Part shown: positions 58,180-64,000 of the stretch, piece after piece | Numbering within the stretch: the first letter of the stretch is position 1 | Layout: each line of letters starts with the position of its first letter | From: the human T2T-CHM13v2.0 reference genome, Homo sapiens | Reading direction: 5' to 3' (one strand) | Assembly: GCF_009914755.1 (NCBI RefSeq) | Contig: NC_060947.1 | Length of the DNA stretch: 64,000 nucleotides | Translations under genes and position numbers: made by a program | The notes under the pieces: model-generated | The model's input: only the letters and a program-made list of their open reading frames with translations | Database searches by the model: none | What the model was told of the DNA's origin: nothing

Positions 58180-59504
58180 ATCCCTTATTAGATATATGCT
58201 TTGCAAATGTTTTCTCACATTCTGTGGGTTGCCTTTTCATTTTGTTGATTGTTTCCTTTGGTGTGGATAAATTTTTTAGTTTAGTGTTGTCCAATTTGTG
58301 TATTTTTACTTTTGTTGCCTGTGCTTTTGATACCATATGCAGGAAATCTTGGCAAATCCAATTTCATGGGCTTTTTCCTCTATGTGTTCTTCTAAAGTAT
58401 AGTTTTGCAAGATGTTAACATTGGAGGAAAATAGGTAAAGGGACCATAGGATGTCTCTGTATTATCTCTTACAGATACTTGTGAATCTACAATTGTCTCG
58501 TAATACAAATTTTAATTAAAATAGTGTAATCCACCAAAAAATAAAAGACTTGTGCCTCAATAATCTGCTACAAATACAGCAAGAAATTTAAAATTAAGCA
58601 ATCAAGGGAAGCATCAATATTTAGAAATCAATATACCAATTGGTAAAAATAGGAAAGATACAGATCATATAAATTATTGTTTCATTTATTGAGAGAAATA
58701 AAGGAAAGGAGAGAGAAATAGTATTTAGAAAAGGAAATAATTTTTTATACACTGTTGGAATTTTCACAGATCGGCCATGTAGCATGTCACATAGGGCTTT
58801 GACATAAATTCCAAGTAGTAGATATATCAATTTTTGTGACGATGATTATCTGAAACCTGGACATTTCAAAAAAAGAGCAAAATTCAATATATTTCCCTGG
58901 GAATTAGGAGAGAAACACAGTCTTCTAATTTACTTTTGGGCTAAAACGTTTATTAAAACCGTAACTGCAGAAAAAATTTTAATGAGTGGCAGTTAATATT
59001 CTACATATAAAAACGAGATAAGTCTCAAAGGAAAGTTTCTTGTATTAACTGTTATTACCTGAGAAATAGCCCTGGTGCAACAGTTGCATCCACATACATA
59101 CCAGGCTAGCTTTACCAGATGTCCCATAGAAGCAAAAGATTAATAGACCAAATTATGGTCCCTGAATCACATTTTAGTAAATCCATTTAAATAACAGAGT
59201 TAACATTGAGAGAAGGGAGTTTGTTTAAGATACTTTTGATATGAAATGGGAGAGGAACGACGGCTTTCCACCTTCAGAAGCTGCCTGAATCATGGTTTGC
59301 GCAATGTTCATATGCCTTTCTCTATCTCTACTGCATCTCCTTTCCTCTGAAAGTTGGTTATGAGGACAATCATTGAGTTTTGAGTAAATGAGTTAAAAGA
59401 AATTTCCTGTGACAAATACATGCTTGCTCTATAGAAGCTATGTAAGGACAGATACATATACCTGGCCATCAGCTAGAGCTCACCAATTAGCCTTATAAAG
59501 AGGC

Positions 59505-59620
59505 ATTCTCTCTCTCTCTCCCTGCCCCCCACAGCTCCTCGTCCTACCTCCCCCTCCTCCTCCACCTCTTCTCCTCCCCTCCTCTGCTGTGTGTGTGTAT
59601 GTGTGTGTGTGTGTGTGTGT
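59505..59620. repeat. Polypyrimidine tract plus (TG)n
   Basis: (CT)n and CCT-rich run followed by TG repeats. Confidence 0.85.
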
Positions 59621-60339
59621 TGCTTAAGGAGATGTCATGTGGAGCCAGAATGGGGCCATACTGGGTGACCGATGGGTGATTGATTTAGGGATAACACATA
59701 CATGAGCTCAAATTCGACATGATTATGACTTTGCCTTTCCATCCCTTTCTATCTATAAGTAACTTTCTTGTTTCCATTATATATTCCATGTGTATATGTT
59801 TTACCAGTGTTAGGAGCTCAACTGAGCTGAGAAAGAGAGTGCTGACCATTGAGGTGTCTGATTAGGTGTCCAAGTAGCTGATTAGAGAAATAAGCCCAAA
59901 ATGAGAGTTAAGCTCTTTAATCGCTTCCTGTGATGGTATAAGCAAGAGATCAAACCTGGAGAAATCACCAACTCTCCGTGATTGGCACACCAATCAAAGG
60001 TCAGGTGAATGGGAGTAAATGTGGGCATCATCTCACTGTTGAGGAAGCCTGGGACAGAAGGTTCCAGTTTTATGGACCCTGGCATGGGGTTGAGAGGAAG
60101 CAAGGGGGAAGGGCTGAGTGGAAAGTTCTGAGTACTGAGTCATAGTGGAGAATCGTGTTTTCAAGATTTCCCTTCTATATACCCCCATAAGGAGGCCTTG
60201 GCAGAGCTGACTAAAGAAGGTCTTTGCCCAAGGCCGTAGATAAGGAGACCTCGGAATGAAGGCACTGGGGCAAGGAATATAAATATGTGAAAGAGCATGA
60301 CCTGCAGAAGGGCCTAAACCTTGACTGCAACTACCTTCA

Positions 60340-60790
<451 letters not shown>

Positions 60791-61424
60791 CTATGGTAGA
60801 CCTGAAAAATTACAGATGTGTTCTTTACCAGGGGTTGGACTCTTCAACCAGTTACTAAGTTAATATCTAAAGTTAACACATCTTATGCAATTTGCTGATG
60901 GCTTATAAGACGCTTATTTATTGATTCTTAACAAATTCTGTGATCTTCACCTAGTTTCATAAGCTACTTGCTTAACTTAAAATCTATGTTTAAAACTTCA
61001 TGTAAGTTTCATCTATTCCATTTGTTTTCTTGTCCCCTATAGCAGAATTGAATGTTCTCAAACAATACAGAAAACTCACATTGCCAATGTATTTATTTTC
61101 TACAGTTTTGGGAAAGATATTCAAGGGAAATAGAGGAAATTTAACTCTAAATATAGGGGAAATAACTCGGAAATATAGGGGAAACAATAACTTGATATCA
61201 TCAATGTATCAGTTTCCTTTTGTCTTCTTGGTCCACCATCCTAATCAAGTGAGTTTTGTCTTTCTGATTTCAAGGTGGATACTGTACTTCCATACATTGC
61301 ATACATTTTCTGAGCAGGAATATGAAGAAAGAGGAGAAAGAAGAGGGTTGTGCTCATATCAGTAAAACAAATATTTTCTAGAAATCCTCATCTTCTGTTT
61401 CATTAGTCAGTTAAGTCCATGTCT

Positions 61425-62100
61425 AACATTTCCTTTGGTGGAGTGTCTGTTCAAGCCTTTGCTTATTTTCTTGTTAGATTTTTCATTTTCTTACTGTTGA
61501 GTTCAGAGAGTTCCCTATATATTTTTTAAATAGTCCTAGTCAGAAATATGATTTTCCCATTTTTTCCCTGTCTGAGGCTTCTCTTTTAATCTTACTGACA
61601 GGATATATGCAGGGCCAAAAAATTTAATTTGGTGATGCCCAATTTATCCATTTTTTTGCTTTTATTGATTGTGCTTTTGGTGTCATGTCTAAGAACTCTT
61701 TGCCTAACTCTAGGTCATAAATTTTTTTCTGATGTTCTGTTTTAAATGTTTTATAGTTTTACCTTGTGTATTTACATCTGTGATGCATTTTGAATTAATT
61801 TTTGTATAAGGTCTGAGGTTTAGGTTGAGGTTATTTTTTTGCCTCGGGATGTCATACACCATTTGTTGAAAAGATTATCCTTCCTCCATTGAATTGCATT
61901 TTCACTTTTGCAAAAAAAAAATCAATTGGACATATTGGTGTGGGTCTACTTTTTTGTTCTCTGTTTTGTTCCATTATCTATGTGTCTATCTCTCTCAATA
62001 TCATACTATATTTATATAGCAAGTCTTAAAATCAGGTAGTATGAGTCCTCTAAGCTACTTCTTTTCTCAGACTTGTTTTAGCTATTCTAGTTATCTTTAG
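61425..62100 (-). mobile_element. Old L1M ORF2 fragment
   Basis: GTGCTTTTGGTGTCATGTCTAAGAACTCTTTGCC and CACCATTTGTTGAAAAGA motifs. Confidence 0.8.
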
Positions 62101-63899
62101 CTTATCTATTTAGCTCCAGTAACTATGTGCTTGTGGGTTATCTACCTTGCCATTTTATAAGATTAAATACAAGTATAGACTCCTCATTCGTGGTTTTACT
62201 AAAAGAACACACTAGACATATAAAAAAGAGAAAATGTAATTTATTTTCTTTAGAGTTTTAACATATTCAGAAATTAAAAAGAATATGATGACATTCTCTT
62301 CTTTATTGTATTGTACATAAGGAAACATCAACCTGGTGATTGATGGTGCTTATAAATTTGAATTTTCTGGCTTTGCCATGCAAGTTGCAAAAATTAGTGT
62401 GTGATATTAATTACATTGTGTTGGGTGGAAAAAATTGCAACGTGGAAACACATATAAATCAAATGCAAATTAACGCTAAGTGAATAAAATTGTTTTAACC
62501 TAAACGATTTGGTTATCTCTTTAATCAGTCAAATCTGACCCTAATTCTAGCATTTTATAAGTACAAGGATTGTAGTGGAAACTCACATTCCTTGCAGCAA
62601 GAAAAATTATTTTTAATCCCAATATTTGTTAATGACAAATTCTGTGATTTTAGGCATATCTCCTAACTCCTCTCATATTCAGATTTCGCTTTTATACAAA
62701 TGATATACTCACTGACTCATAAAGTCATAAGTAATATGGTACACATGTTATTCATGAATATGCCTGACAAATAGTAGGACATGTGTACTTATTGTTCTTA
62801 TGCCCATGGGCCAATCAGTCTTATGTCCATGTCCATATGTCTTACGTCCATGGGCCAATCAGTCCATGAAAAACAAAATAAGGGAAACATTTGAAGGGAA
62901 ATGGATAGAAGTCCTTTTCTGGCACTATCTCATCACTCCAAATTTTTATCGCATCCCCCTTGTTCCACTTCTTACCATTGAAAGAAACCACTCATGGAGT
63001 GGATATGGGAGGAATGAAAAATTGGACTGACTCATAGTAGCAAACAATCTACCTGATTTCAAGGTGAATATTTAGGATGAAATAGGCCAAAAACTGTCTT
63101 GTATTTGAACATCCATAAAACCAGTCCCTAGGTAGAAAGACATCATTGTCAGGATCACTACAATATTTCATGATTCTATCTCTTTACACCTGAATGAACT
63201 GTCAACTCCCCAAATTTGTTCCCTGTCCTTACCTTAAGCTCCATTTTGTTTCAGTTTCTGGCAGAACTTTTTCCTGTATAATGATTTTTAGCATCTTTGT
63301 TTGACATAAATGAGGCTTCTACCTCTGCCCAGTGTTACTCCTGACATTAATAGTTATTTTCACTGATATGAAAACACCTCCTCTGTTTAAATAACTCCAT
63401 TCTCCCAAGTCTTTTATTATAGAGCAAATGATCATCTTAAAATAATACTACTCATGAAATTATTTAAGCAGGCTAAGTACCTTATATGTGAGGTCAGATT
63501 TAAATATCTGATGTGTAGGAATTAGGACCCTCACTTTACAGATGAAAAAACAACTGGTAAGTGGTGGTTGACCCTAGATACGAACCCATAGATGTATGAC
63601 TTAAAAGCTTTTGCTGTCATCCAATACAGAATATATAAAACTCACGGCTAAATACTTGGCGTTGATATGTGATTTGCCAGAATTCCAACCTGCAATTCTT
63701 ATTCAGTCTCTTTCACTTTTTCATTGCAATTTATGTAATTCCTTTATTACTTATTAAAAAGTATTCTATAAGAAAAGTATACCTACTTACTGATTTCAGT
63801 TTATGAAAAGCTATTTCTTATTATTTATCTTTTATTTCAATACATAGATATATCATCATTTAATCATATTAGGCATATTTATCATTTGATCACACAATA

Positions 63900-64000
63900 G
63901 TATGGTAGGTTTGGCTCCCAGTGATCCTTGTTTCCTGGTACTCATATCCCTGTGCAATCTCTTTTCCTTGAATATGGATTGAACCTGGTGACTTTCTTCT
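63900..64000 (+). mobile_element. MLT1F-like LTR start (runs off the window)
   Basis: TGGCTCCCCAGTGATCCTTG..CCTGGTA, similar to the element at 37212. Confidence 0.6.

Noticed and set aside
61150-61190. AAATATAGGGGAAA duplicated
   Set aside because: Ordinary short slippage duplication.

Overview
Primate (almost certainly human) genomic DNA, AT-rich and repeat-dense. The only credible gene is an intronless minus-strand ORF (ATG 21624, stop 19126, 832 aa) encoding a PP4 regulatory subunit 3 (SMEK) paralog. I recognise it as the retrogene PPP4R3C (SMEK3P), which would place the window at Xp21. It has a compact GC-box/CCAAT/ETS promoter and a triplicated acidic coding repeat. The rest is interspersed repeats: a MER61-type provirus end with nested LTR13 and Alu, MER34-like, MER41B, THE1/MST/MLT LTRs, a full-length old SVA, a twin-primed L1PA, a tailless U2 fragment, DNA transposons, about 24 Alus and a 14-kb old-L1 field. 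I see no evidence of a wholly new multi-gene system. The most interesting unexplained structures are: (1) an ancient tandem array of about five copies of one L1-in-L1 junction at 44.7-55.2 kb; (2) an inverted templated insertion in an Alu, copied from a site 1.8 kb away in its pre-Alu state; (3) a strong plus-strand exon candidate divergent from the PPP4R3C promoter; (4) several micro-retroposition and patchwork-repair scars. Repeat subfamily names come from recalled consensus sequences and need RepeatMasker/Dfam confirmation. Boundaries without target-site duplications (TSDs) are approximate.
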